From Chloroflexota bacterium (lineage in GTDB: Bacteria; Chloroflexota; Dehalococcoidia; Lucifugimonadales; Lucifugimonadaceae), in assembly GCA_002721615.1 (NCBI GenBank), contig PBKW01000005.1, positions 239-64,238 of the forward strand: DNA of 64,000 nt. The letters are read 5' to 3'. Each line of letters begins with the position of its first letter. Position 1 is the stretch's first letter. The translations under genes were made by a program, and so were the position numbers. This document shows, piece by piece, positions 19,362 through 29,473 of the stretch. The notes beneath the pieces are model-generated. The model ran no database searches and was not told the DNA's origin. It saw only the letters and a program-made list of their open reading frames with translations.

Positions 19362-22300
19362 TTGTTATTTCCAATAATTTGGGAAATTCTTTTCTCTAAT
19401 TCTGGGTTAATTTTAATATTCGCAAAAGGTAATTCTAAAGAGATTTCTTCATTTTCAGATGATACTTTAAGAATTACTGGTATAGAACCTTTGTGTTCAA
19501 GCAATAATTTGATTAAATCCTCAAATTTATATCTGTCTTCAATAGGATTTCCTGATTCTTCAATAGAGAGTATAAGTTTATTTGGTGAGATATCTGAATT
19601 TGATAATTCTGATCCTAATTTTGTTCCATTAGTGACTGGAGAAATTGAATTATTTTCAATCAAATCCAAATTATGGTTTGAGTTATTTCCATTCATCAAA
19701 CTTGTATCAGTTTGTTTATTAATGCCATTATTGTTTTCATTATTTGTCAAAAATTCTTCTCCTGATTTAAATACGACAGAAATTATTCCATTATTAATTC
19801 TTGTTATTCCATTAATAGAAATAAATTTTCCTTTTTCCCATAAAAAACGTGAAGAGTCTAAATTGTTAGGCCAAATTATTACTTCTATATCAGAATCGAG
19901 TAATGCTAAATCAATAATTAAAAAAGTATCTCCTCGTCTAGTTTTTCTAGATTCAATATTTATAACTTGACCGATTAATTTTACTGAATTACCTTGTTTT
20001 GCATTAGAAATTTGATCTGCATATACTATAAAATTTCCTGTTTGCTCTATGATTTTTTTTTGAAAATCATTATGACTAATTGTTATACCCAATAATTCTC
20101 TTTCCCAAAATGATCTTTCTTGTTCATTAATATTTTCTTCAGAATTAATATCAATTAGTGGAATAGGTTTTGCGACAGATTCACCAAATAGATCAAACAT
20201 ATGTGATTGTCCAGCTAAATTTAATTTTTTTTGTTGATTTATTAAACTTAGTATTCTTTCTAAGTTGCTTAATAATGATTCTCTAATAGAAAACTCATCA
20301 AAGGCTCCAGTTTTTATTAGGCTTTCTAATGTAGATTTGTTTATAGAAAAATCAATTCTTTGAATAAAATCTTCAATATTTTTGTAGGGCCCATTTTTTT
20401 CTAAATTTTTTACTATAGGATCTACAGATGTTGATCCTACATTTTTGATTGATCCTAATCCAAATCTAATTATTCGGGTTCCATCAGATTCAGATTCAGG
20501 ATAAAAATTTGTTTTGCTATAATTTATATTTGGTCCTTTTACATAAATCCCTATTTTTTCGCATTCTCTAACGATAATTCCAATTTTCTTTTTATTTCCA
20601 GAAGCAGAATCTAACAATACTGTCATGAATTCATGAGGATAATTGGCCTTGAAATAAGCTGTCCAATATGCAATCATCGCATAACTCATACTATGGGCTT
20701 TATTGAACGCATATCCTGCAAAAGGCTCTATAAGTTCGAATACTCTTGATCCTAGTTTTTCTGGAAAATTATTTTTAATAGTTCCGTTAATAAATTTATC
20801 TTTTTCTGCTCTCATTACTTGTGGTATTTTTTTACCCATTGCTTTTCTAAATTTATCTGCATCTCCCAAAGAATAACCTGCTATTGCTTGAGAAATGAGG
20901 AGCACCTGATCTTGATAGACTATAATTCCGTAAGTTTCTTTAAGTAAATTTTCCAAACTTGGATGAGGATATTTGATTGGAATTCTACCATGCTTAGCTT
21001 CTATAAAAGTAGAAATATGCTCCATTGGCCCCGGTCTATATAAAGCTATCATTGCTGATATATCCGAGATTGATGAAGGCTTTAATTCTTTAATATTTCG
21101 TTTCATGCCATCACTTTCAAGTTGAAAAACTCCTAAAGTGTTGCCTGAACTTAGTAATTCAAAGGTATTATTATTATCTAGGGGAATTGTCTCAAGATTT
21201 AACTGGAGATTATGTCTTTTGTTTATCATTTTGATTGTTTTATCTAGGATAGTTAGGTTTGTTAATCCCAGAAAATCAATTTTCAATAGCCCTAAGTCAG
21301 CTAATGGACCCATTTCATATTGAGTTAAGGGTGGTAATTCTGGATCTTTAGGGGCTTGAAGAAGAGGCACTAGCCCTTTCAAAGGTTCTTTGGAAATAAT
21401 TACTCCTGCAGCATGAGTTTGAATATTACTCACTCTCTTTTCTACTGTTTTAGCTGCATTAATTAATTCAGAAACATTTATATCTTCTTGATACATGGTT
21501 TTCAGATCAGGTACTAACTCAAGTGCTCTTTCCAAAGACATTGGCTTAGTTGGTTCATTAGGATCTCTGGTAGGTATTAATTCAGCCACTTTTTCTACAT
21601 CTGTAAGAGATTTTCCCATTACTCTTCCTGCTCCTCTAGTTGCCCCTCTAGCATACAACCTACTAAAAGATATTATTTGAGCTATATGGTCTCTTCCATA
21701 TTTTTTTATACAGTAATTTATGACTTCTTTCCTTTTATCATCTTGGAAATCTATATCAATATCAGGCATTTCTTTTCTTTCAATATTTAGAAATCTTTCA
21801 AAAACGAGTTCAGACTTTATTGGATCTATATTAGTGATTTCTAAACAATAAAGAACCATGCTAGCCGATGCACTACCTCTAAGTGAAGTAAGAATTTTTT
21901 TTCTTTTAACAAATTTGAAAATATCCCAAACAACCAAAAAATAATCAGCAAAATCCAAAGTGTTAATTACATTTAATTCATATTCGAGTCTTTCTTTTAT
22001 TTCATTTGGTTGATTAGGAAATTTTTTTTCAAAACCCTTAAAACATAGTTCATTTAAATACTCTTCCGCTGTTTTCGAGTCAGGTGTTTGAAAGCTAGGA
22101 ATTCTGGTGACATTGAAATCTAATTTTAAATCACATGAATCTGCAATTTTTTGTGTGTTAGATATTGCTTCAGGATGATTTTTCCATAGGTTGCTCATTT
22201 CTTCAGGACTTTTGATATAATATGTGTGATCTTCTAAAAGGTCTTTTCTGAAGTTATTTTTGATGTTTTTTAATAAATTTTCAGATTCAGCATCATTTCT

Positions 22301-22921
22301 AGATATGTAGTGATTATCATTTGTTGCAACTAATGGAAGTTTGAATTCTTTAGATAATTGGATTAAGTTTTCATTTATTAAATCTTGATTAGGCACTTTA
22401 TCGTGCCACATTAATTCTAAATAGAAATCATCTTCAAATATTTTGGTGGCCCAGGAAAGATATTGTTCTATTCCTTTTTGGTTTTTATTGATAATTAATT
22501 TTGATAGCTCAGAAGAAGGGCAACCTGATAAAATAATTAAACCTTCTTTGTGTTTTTCTAATAAATCTTTATCTACTCTTGGTCTATGGTAGAAACCTTC
22601 AAGGTTTCCTAATGTAACCATTTCAATTAAATTTTTATATCCTATGAAATTTTTTGATAAAACGGTTAAGTGGTAATAAGGAATATTGGGATCTTTTTCA
22701 AGTCTACTTTTTGGGGCAACATATAGTTCACATCCAATAATAGGTTTAATTTGATGTTTTATACAAGATTTATAAAACTCAATAGCTCCAAACATATTTC
22801 CATGATCAGTTAGCGCTAAAGCATTCATTCCAAGTTCTTTAGATCGAATAACCATTTCATCAATTCCACTACTTCCGTCTATTAAACTATATTCTGAATG
22901 ATTATGGAGATGAACAAACAA
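19334..22921 (-). CDS. dnaE: DNA polymerase III alpha subunit
   Basis: 1195 aa with a TTG start. PHP domain FVHLHNHSEYSLIDG, followed by palm/fingers, an OB fold and a C-terminal domain. Confidence 0.95.
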   Translation of the reverse strand: MFVHLHNHSEYSLIDGSSGIDEMVIRSKELGMNALALTDHGNMFGAIEFYKSCIKHQIKPIIGCELYVAPKSRLEKDPNIPYYHLTVLSKNFIGYKNLIEMVTLGNLEGFYHRPRVDKDLLEKHKEGLIILSGCPSSELSKLIINKNQKGIEQYLSWATKIFEDDFYLELMWHDKVPNQDLINENLIQLSKEFKLPLVATNDNHYISRNDAESENLLKNIKNNFRKDLLEDHTYYIKSPEEMSNLWKNHPEAISNTQKIADSCDLKLDFNVTRIPSFQTPDSKTAEEYLNELCFKGFEKKFPNQPNEIKERLEYELNVINTLDFADYFLVVWDIFKFVKRKKILTSLRGSASASMVLYCLEITNIDPIKSELVFERFLNIERKEMPDIDIDFQDDKRKEVINYCIKKYGRDHIAQIISFSRLYARGATRGAGRVMGKSLTDVEKVAELIPTRDPNEPTKPMSLERALELVPDLKTMYQEDINVSELINAAKTVEKRVSNIQTHAAGVIISKEPLKGLVPLLQAPKDPELPPLTQYEMGPLADLGLLKIDFLGLTNLTILDKTIKMINKRHNLQLNLETIPLDNNNTFELLSSGNTLGVFQLESDGMKRNIKELKPSSISDISAMIALYRPGPMEHISTFIEAKHGRIPIKYPHPSLENLLKETYGIIVYQDQVLLISQAIAGYSLGDADKFRKAMGKKIPQVMRAEKDKFINGTIKNNFPEKLGSRVFELIEPFAGYAFNKAHSMSYAMIAYWTAYFKANYPHEFMTVLLDSASGNKKKIGIIVRECEKIGIYVKGPNINYSKTNFYPESESDGTRIIRFGLGSIKNVGSTSVDPIVKNLEKNGPYKNIEDFIQRIDFSINKSTLESLIKTGAFDEFSIRESLLSNLERILSLINQQKKLNLAGQSHMFDLFGESVAKPIPLIDINSEENINEQERSFWERELLGITISHNDFQKKIIEQTGNFIVYADQISNAKQGNSVKLIGQVINIESRKTRRGDTFLIIDLALLDSDIEVIIWPNNLDSSRFLWEKGKFISINGITRINNGIISVVFKSGEEFLTNNENNNGINKQTDTSLMNGNNSNHNLDLIENNSISPVTNGTKLGSELSNSDISPNKLILSIEESGNPIEDRYKFEDLIKLLLEHKGSIPVILKVSSENEEISLELPFANIKINPELEKRISQIIGNNNYSLINESL
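19342..19359. repeat. 18-bp perfect palindrome ATTCATTAATTAATGAAT inside the ogt/dnaE 3-prime overlap
   Basis: Read directly from the sequence. It equals its own reverse complement. It encodes S-L-I-N-E in the ogt frame (+) and in the dnaE frame (-). Confidence 0.95.
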
Positions 22922-23014
22922 TATTTTTACTCTTATATCTGCTAATAAAATTTTAGTTTTTGTAGGATATATTTGACTATATAATCTATAAGAGAGTTAG
23001 TCGAGAGGGTAAAA

Positions 23015-24271
23015 TTAATTACAATCTTGAAGTATTAAGCAAGCATTTTGACCGCCAAATCCAAAACTGTTAGATAAAACATTTTTTACATTGATTGAGC
23101 GTGATTTATTTGAAGTATAGTCTAAGTCACACAAAGGGTCAGGAGTATTATTGTTAATTGTTGGATGAATTTTGTTTTCTTGGATTGATTTTACACATGC
23201 TATAGCTTCAATTGCCCCTGCACCACCTGATGCATGCCCTACCATAGACTTGGTGGAGCTTATAGGAATCTTGTATGCTTTTTCGCCAAAAACTTTTTTT
23301 ATTGCTAAAGTTTCAGCGTAATCATTTGCGGGAGTTGATGTTCCATGAGCGTTTATATAATCTATTTCATCAATATTTAATCCAGCATTTTCTAATGCAA
23401 AATTCATGCATTTAGCGGCCCCTAGACCTTCTTTCTCTGGTTGAACTAGGTGAAATGCATCAGATGTAATACCCCATCCTTTGATTTCGCATAAAATAGG
23501 CGCATTCCTATTTAAAGCATGTTCATATTCTTCTAAGATTAATATTCCAGATCCTTCTGAAGGAACAAATCCATCTCTTTTGGCATCAAAAGGCTTGCTT
23601 GCTTTTTCAGGGATATCATTTTGACTTGTTAAAGCATGCATATTACAGAATCCCCCTAAGCTTATTTGACAGAAAGGAGCTTCAGTACCCCCAGAGACCA
23701 TAATATTAGCAGTACCTCTTTTAATTACTTCATAGGCCTCTCCTATTGCTTGAGTTCCAGCAGCACAAGCAGTAATACATGTGTTTGAATAACCTTTTAA
23801 TTGAAAAATTCTACTTATATTTGCTGCAGCCATGTTGGGTAACATCATTGGAACATATAACGGACTTATAGGGTTTCCTCCTCTTTGAAAAAGTATCTGT
23901 GATTGTTTTTCAGTTTCTGGAAGTCCGCCAGATCCACAGCCTATTAAAACACCAATTTTATATTGATCTTCTTTTGTAATATCTATCTGAGAATCTTCTA
24001 ATGCATTCTTAGTTGCTGCTACTGCTAATTGAGAAAACCTCGCTAGTCTTCTTGATTCTTTTTTATCAATATAATCTTCAGGAGAGAAATTTTTAATTTC
24101 ACCTCCAATTTTACAGGAATAATTTTCTGTTTCTACTGATTTGAGAAAATCTATTCCAGACTTTCCGTTGATTAAATTATCCCACAGAGTATTCACCGAT
24201 GAGGATAAACATGTTATTGCTCCCATTCCAGTAACTACTACTCTTTTATTTTTATAATTCATTTGTTTCAT
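23015..24271 (-). CDS. fabF: 3-oxoacyl-ACP synthase II
   Basis: Active-site Cys in ITACAAG, and His residues in HGTSTP and GHASGGAG. Confidence 0.9.
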   Translation of the reverse strand: MKQMNYKNKRVVVTGMGAITCLSSSVNTLWDNLINGKSGIDFLKSVETENYSCKIGGEIKNFSPEDYIDKKESRRLARFSQLAVAATKNALEDSQIDITKEDQYKIGVLIGCGSGGLPETEKQSQILFQRGGNPISPLYVPMMLPNMAAANISRIFQLKGYSNTCITACAAGTQAIGEAYEVIKRGTANIMVSGGTEAPFCQISLGGFCNMHALTSQNDIPEKASKPFDAKRDGFVPSEGSGILILEEYEHALNRNAPILCEIKGWGITSDAFHLVQPEKEGLGAAKCMNFALENAGLNIDEIDYINAHGTSTPANDYAETLAIKKVFGEKAYKIPISSTKSMVGHASGGAGAIEAIACVKSIQENKIHPTINNNTPDPLCDLDYTSNKSRSINVKNVLSNSFGFGGQNACLILQDCN

Positions 24272-25616
24272 AAATTTCTGGTTTTATTTCTAATAGCAAT
24301 TCTCTAAATTCTGCCGCTACAAATAATGAACCTGTAACTATAATTAATTCATAATTTTGATTTTTTGTAGAATTAATAAAAGCTTCTTTTATTGATTCTG
24401 TTATTTGAGATTCAACTATATTATCAAAAGAAGAGATGTTTTTTAAAGATTTTGCATCAACTGACTTAGGGTGCCTTGATTTAGTAAAAATTATATTTTC
24501 TGTTAATCGGGAAAGTATTTTTATATTTTTATTTTCATTATGATCTGAATTGGATCCGAATATGAGTAATATTTTTTTTTGGTTTATAAAGAATGAATTT
24601 ATTGTTTTTACTAGATCTCTACATGCTGATGGATTATGAGCTCCATCAATTAAAAACAATTTCTTATATTTCTTGATTATTTCTCCTCTACAAGGCCAAT
24701 TGACATTTTCTAATCCAGAAATTATATTTTTTTTATCAAGTTTTATTAGATTGAAATTTTCTAGGCAAGTAATTGCAGTGGAAACATTAATTGATTGATT
24801 TATACCTATCAGAGGATGTTGGATTTTATAAGAATCATTTGAAGTAAGTAGGTTCATATGTAATTTTTCTGATTCATAGTGTTGCTTAAAGCCTTTAATA
24901 TTTTCTTCAACATTTATAAAAGTTGATTTTTTTTCGAAGCTTTTTTCTTTTATGATTCTAAGAACATTTGGTTTTTGTTTAGAAGATATTACTATACTGT
25001 TGTTTTTTATGATTCCTACTTTATCTTGAGTGATTTTTTCAAGTGTTTTACCTAATATTTTTGTATGATCTAAGCTAATAGGAGTTAAAATTGAGATATC
25101 TGAGTTAAAGATGTTAGTTGAATCAAACATTCCCCCTAAGCCAGTTTCTATGACTTGAACATCAATATTATTATTTTCAAAATGAATTGCTCCCATGATA
25201 GTTAATGTTTCAAATACTGTTAGAGAGCCAAGATTTGAATTTTGAAAAAATGATGAAGTGGTTTTTTCAATCTTTTCATAAATATCACAAAAATCAGTCA
25301 TACTTATTATATTATTTCCTACTTTAATTCGTTCTCTGAAATTATGAAGATGAGGAGAGGTGTATAGTCCACACTTAAGGCCATTCTTAGTTAATGCAGA
25401 ATGAATTAATGAAGATATACTTCCCTTTCCATTTGTTCCTGCCAAATGAATTGTAAATTTTGGAGTGTTTTGTGGATTTCCTAATAATTTAAGAGCACTT
25501 TTTATTCTTTTTAAATGAAAAACCCTTGAATTAGATATATTTTTTTTCCTTTCAAAATCTGTTAGAGAAAGTAAACTATTTATAGTAGATTTATATTTAT
25601 TGTTTATCTTAGACAT
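24252..25616 (-). CDS. folC: Folylpolyglutamate synthase / dihydrofolate synthase
   Basis: Mur-ligase P-loop AGTNGKGS. 454 aa. 20-bp overlap with fabF. Confidence 0.85.
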   Translation of the reverse strand: MSKINNKYKSTINSLLSLTDFERKKNISNSRVFHLKRIKSALKLLGNPQNTPKFTIHLAGTNGKGSISSLIHSALTKNGLKCGLYTSPHLHNFRERIKVGNNIISMTDFCDIYEKIEKTTSSFFQNSNLGSLTVFETLTIMGAIHFENNNIDVQVIETGLGGMFDSTNIFNSDISILTPISLDHTKILGKTLEKITQDKVGIIKNNSIVISSKQKPNVLRIIKEKSFEKKSTFINVEENIKGFKQHYESEKLHMNLLTSNDSYKIQHPLIGINQSINVSTAITCLENFNLIKLDKKNIISGLENVNWPCRGEIIKKYKKLFLIDGAHNPSACRDLVKTINSFFINQKKILLIFGSNSDHNENKNIKILSRLTENIIFTKSRHPKSVDAKSLKNISSFDNIVESQITESIKEAFINSTKNQNYELIIVTGSLFVAAEFRELLLEIKPEIYETNEL

Positions 25617-25672
25617 GTTTTTAAAGGTTTAGATAAATTATTAAATTTAATTTTAACTAGAAAAAATAAAAA

Positions 25673-27049
25673 ATGAATGAAGAAAAAATAAAAAATCAAA
25701 TTTTAGATGCATGTTCATCTTCAGATGCAGATTTTCTTGAGATAAGAGTTGAAGAAACTGATTCGACCAGAATTAATTTTAAAGCTAAAAAATTGGATAA
25801 TTTAATTCAAAATCAAGGTTTAGGGGGAAATGTAAGAGCATTAGTAAAAGGAGGGTGGGGTTTTGTGTGTTTTAATGATTTGAATAATTTGAAGAATAAT
25901 GTGAAGTCTGCTGTGATGCAGGCAAAGAGAGCTAGTAGTGATAATTATATTCCTTTGACTGGATTTGAACCTGTAAAAGATAAAATTGTTTCATCTTTTC
26001 CAAAAAGTGCTTCCAAAATTAAAATCTCGGAAAAAATTCATCTTCTTAAACATTATAATGATTTAATTTGGAGCACAGAGGGTATTCAAAGCTCAGATTT
26101 GATTTATGGAGATTCAGTGCGCAAAATATTTTTAGTTAATTCATTTGGAACTGAATTAATTCAGGATTCTCATCATGTTGTTTTTAGAGCTTCGGTTCAG
26201 GCTAGAGAAGGAGGAGATGTTCAACAATCAGGTTTTAGTATTGGAAGCCTTGGTGATTATAGTGTTGTTCAAGGATTGGATAATCAAATTAAAGATACTG
26301 TTAATAAAGCAAAGACTCAATTATTATCAAAACCTGTAGATGGCGGAGAGAAAACTGTAGTTTTGGATCCCATATTGGCTGGAGTTTTTGTTCATGAAGC
26401 TTTTGGTCATTTATCTGAAGCTGATCATGTTTATGAAAATGATCAATTAAAAGAAATGATGGTTTTAGGAAAGACATTTGGTCCTAAAAATTTAAATATA
26501 ATTGATGGTGCTCAGATTCCTAATTTAAGAGGTAGTTTTAAGTATGATGATGAAGGTACTCCATCTTCTAAGACGGATTTAATTAGGGAAGGCGTTTTAG
26601 TTGGGAGGCTACATTCTAGGGAAACTGCAGCAATTATGAAAGAGAAGCCCACAGGTAACGCTAGATCAATAGGGTATAATTTTCCTCCAATTGTTAGAAT
26701 GACTAATACACTTATAGAAAATGGAGACTCTGATCTTTCTGATATATTTGGAGACATTAAGGAAGGGATATATGCAAAGAATTGGTATGGTGGGATGACT
26801 AGCATGGAAATGTTTACTTTTTCTTCGGGTGAATCATACATGATCAGGAATGGTAAAGTAGAAGAAATGGTTAGGCCGGTTATGTTATCAGGAAATGTTT
26901 TCAGTACATTGCATAATATTGATGCAATAGGGAAAGATCTTGACATGAATCAGGGAGGAGGATGTGGAAAAGGTGGTCAAATGCCTTTACCGGTTTCTAA
27001 TGGTAGCCCTCATATAAGGATTCAAAATTGTTTAATATCAGGTAATTAA
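25673..27049 (+). CDS. tldD: TldD metalloprotease
   Basis: HExxxH motif in VHEAFGHLSEAD and a GGCGKGGQ C-terminal motif. Confidence 0.9.
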   Translation: MNEEKIKNQILDACSSSDADFLEIRVEETDSTRINFKAKKLDNLIQNQGLGGNVRALVKGGWGFVCFNDLNNLKNNVKSAVMQAKRASSDNYIPLTGFEPVKDKIVSSFPKSASKIKISEKIHLLKHYNDLIWSTEGIQSSDLIYGDSVRKIFLVNSFGTELIQDSHHVVFRASVQAREGGDVQQSGFSIGSLGDYSVVQGLDNQIKDTVNKAKTQLLSKPVDGGEKTVVLDPILAGVFVHEAFGHLSEADHVYENDQLKEMMVLGKTFGPKNLNIIDGAQIPNLRGSFKYDDEGTPSSKTDLIREGVLVGRLHSRETAAIMKEKPTGNARSIGYNFPPIVRMTNTLIENGDSDLSDIFGDIKEGIYAKNWYGGMTSMEMFTFSSGESYMIRNGKVEEMVRPVMLSGNVFSTLHNIDAIGKDLDMNQGGGCGKGGQMPLPVSNGSPHIRIQNCLISGN

Positions 27050-27053
27050 ATCT

Positions 27054-28352
27054 ATGGACACAAAAAAGATATTAGAGGATTCTTTGAAACGTTCTGATGA
27101 AGCGGAAATATTTACTGTTGTATCAGAGAAAGAACCAGTAGGATTTGAAGCAAATAGATTAAAAACTTTGTCAAAAACTTCTGGTCAAGGTTGGGCTTTA
27201 AGGGTAATTAAAGATAGAAAAATAGGATTATCAACTTCTACTTATCCAAATTCTGAAACATTGATTTCTAGGGCTTGTGACGCAAGTGATTTTGGAAAGA
27301 ATGTAGAATATTCATTCCCATCTAATTTTTCTTATAAAAAAAATAAGAACACTGAAATAAATGTTCCTTTAGATAAGATGGTAGATATGGGAGAAAAGAT
27401 TATAAAAACTCTTTTAAAAGAATGGCCTTCATTGCTTTTAGAAGCTAATATTTCTAGATCTTCTGGGTTTACAGAAATTTTGAATTCATCAGGATTCAAT
27501 TCTTCTTATGAATGGAATTCCTTTTCTGCAGGTGTCGGGGGAACTCTTATCAAAGGTGAAGATATGTTATTTGTTTGGGAAAGTTTTGGTTGGAGTGAAT
27601 TTAAAGATTATTCAGATGTGATCATAAACTCTCTTCATGAACAATTAAAGAATGCTGAAAATATTTCTGAAACTCCTAATGAAAATTGTCCAGTAATTTT
27701 TACTCCTAGAGGGTTTGTGACAACATTTATAGAACCTCTTATTTCCAGTTTTAATGGTATAAATATTGTTGAAGGTATTTCTCCAATATCGGAAAAGATG
27801 GGACAAAAAATTTTTGATGAAAATATTACTATAGTTGATGATCCAACTATAAGTGGAGCGTTAGGAGAGCGTCCTTTTGATGATGAAGGTGTGCCTGCAT
27901 CTAAGAATACTTTGATACAAAATGGTGTTATTTCAGGAAATTTATTAAATTTGGAATCAGCGTATAAGTTAAATTTACAACCAACTGGTTCAGCCTCTAG
28001 AAGTATTTCAAGTCCTCCAACACCTTCTACATCTGTAATAGAAGTTAAACCAGGAAAATATTTATATAAAGAATTAATTTCAGGTTTAAAAGAGGGCATT
28101 ATAGTAGATCAGTTATTGGGAGCAGGACAAGGAAATGAATTAGGGGGTGATTTTAAAGGGAACGTATTACTTGGTTATAGAGTAAAAGATGGGAAAATCT
28201 TAGGAAGAATAAAGAATACTATGATTTCAGGAAATATTTTTGATTGTTTGAAGAATTTGTCTTGGATTTCTAGAGATACCAATTGGATTTATGGTTCTTT
28301 TAATGTTCCTCATATAATGTGTGAAAATATACAGATAGCATCAAGTACATGA
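27054..28352 (+). CDS. pmbA: PmbA/TldE protease partner
   Basis: 432-aa PmbA_TldD-family paralog without HExxxH, located 4 bp after tldD. Confidence 0.85.
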   Translation: MDTKKILEDSLKRSDEAEIFTVVSEKEPVGFEANRLKTLSKTSGQGWALRVIKDRKIGLSTSTYPNSETLISRACDASDFGKNVEYSFPSNFSYKKNKNTEINVPLDKMVDMGEKIIKTLLKEWPSLLLEANISRSSGFTEILNSSGFNSSYEWNSFSAGVGGTLIKGEDMLFVWESFGWSEFKDYSDVIINSLHEQLKNAENISETPNENCPVIFTPRGFVTTFIEPLISSFNGINIVEGISPISEKMGQKIFDENITIVDDPTISGALGERPFDDEGVPASKNTLIQNGVISGNLLNLESAYKLNLQPTGSASRSISSPPTPSTSVIEVKPGKYLYKELISGLKEGIIVDQLLGAGQGNELGGDFKGNVLLGYRVKDGKILGRIKNTMISGNIFDCLKNLSWISRDTNWIYGSFNVPHIMCENIQIASST

Positions 28353-29473
28353 AAGTAATAGTGATTGGGTTAGGCGCAATGGGAAGCTCAGTCTTATATA
28401 ACTTGTCTAAGAGAGGTGTTGAAGTTATTGGAATAGACAGATTTTCTCCACCTCATCAATTTGGTTCTACCCATGGAGATACTCGTGTTTTTAGAGTGGC
28501 CTACAAAGAAGGAATTGATTATGTTCCTCTATTAATTCGCGCTAAAGAATTATGGTATGAATTATCTCAAGAAAGAGAAAGCGATATATTTTTAAATACT
28601 GGTGTTCTTTATATTGCTAATCATGAAAATGACTCAGTGGTTGGACCTTTAGAAGTTACAAAGTCCTATGATATAGATTATGAACAACTTTCTCATGAAG
28701 AATTGGTGTATCGCTATCCTGCTTTGAGGCCTGATCAAGATATGGTGGGTTTTTTTGATAAAGAAGGAGGGATTTTAAAAGTAGAAGATTGTGTTGAATC
28801 TTATCTTGGATTTTCAAGAAATTTTGGAGCTAAACTAATTCTTGATGAAATTGTTTTAAACTGGAAGGCTTCAAATAATGGAATTGAAGTTATAACTGAA
28901 TCAGATAGATTTTTTGCAGACAAATTAATTGTATCAGCAGGTGCTTGGTTAACAGATCTTATCGATTTGAATCCTGTAAATTTGTCGATTGAAAGACAAG
29001 TGAATCATTGGATTGATGTTAAGGATAAAACTCAGTTTTCTATTTCGGAATTACCTGTTACCACATGGGAATATGGATTAGAAAATAGATCTTTTTACAC
29101 GATACCTGATTTAGGTCAAGGATTTAAGATATCTCGGCATCATGGGGGAGAAATAACAAATCCTAATGATGTAGATAGGAGTGTAAAAAATAGTGAAGTT
29201 GAAGACATTCAGCAACTTTTTGAAAGTTTTTTTGAAGCATCAGGAGTTGTTGAAAATTCAAAAACTTGTTTATATACCAACACGGATTCTCAAGATTTTT
29301 TAATTGATTTTTATGAAGGAAATGATAATGTGCTTATCCTTAGTCCATGTTCAGGGCATGGATTTAAGTTTGCATCGGTTGTTGGAGAAATTGCTGCTGA
29401 TTTGATAGAAACGGGTAAATCTAAATTTAATTTAACTAATTTTTCTTTTAAAAAACATAAAAATTTTAATTAG
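28349..29473 (+). CDS. Monomeric sarcosine oxidase / N-methyltryptophan oxidase family flavoprotein
   Basis: GLGAMGSS dinucleotide fold, PPHQFGSTHGDTRVFRVAYKEG, the covalent-FAD Cys context KTCLYT, and CSGHGFKF. ATGA overlap with pmbA. Confidence 0.85.
   Translation: MKVIVIGLGAMGSSVLYNLSKRGVEVIGIDRFSPPHQFGSTHGDTRVFRVAYKEGIDYVPLLIRAKELWYELSQERESDIFLNTGVLYIANHENDSVVGPLEVTKSYDIDYEQLSHEELVYRYPALRPDQDMVGFFDKEGGILKVEDCVESYLGFSRNFGAKLILDEIVLNWKASNNGIEVITESDRFFADKLIVSAGAWLTDLIDLNPVNLSIERQVNHWIDVKDKTQFSISELPVTTWEYGLENRSFYTIPDLGQGFKISRHHGGEITNPNDVDRSVKNSEVEDIQQLFESFFEASGVVENSKTCLYTNTDSQDFLIDFYEGNDNVLILSPCSGHGFKFASVVGEIAADLIETGKSKFNLTNFSFKKHKNFN

Noticed and set aside
19594-19753. An Asn-rich low-complexity insert in DnaE (NNENNNGINKQTDTSLMNGNNSNHN...), and a similar tail in the XRE protein.
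   Set aside because: Asn/Lys/Ile-rich linkers are the expected by-product of extreme AT bias in loosely constrained linker regions. They give no evidence of an intein or an inserted domain.
19362-19970. A 202-aa plus-strand ORF that starts right after the ogt stop.
   Set aside because: It is antisense to the dnaE C-terminal region. The dnaE frame there encodes a recognisable DnaE tail (LILSIEES...IPVILKVSS...ISLELPFANIKINPELEKRISQIIG), comparable to the C-termini of other DnaE1 proteins. The antisense product is low complexity.
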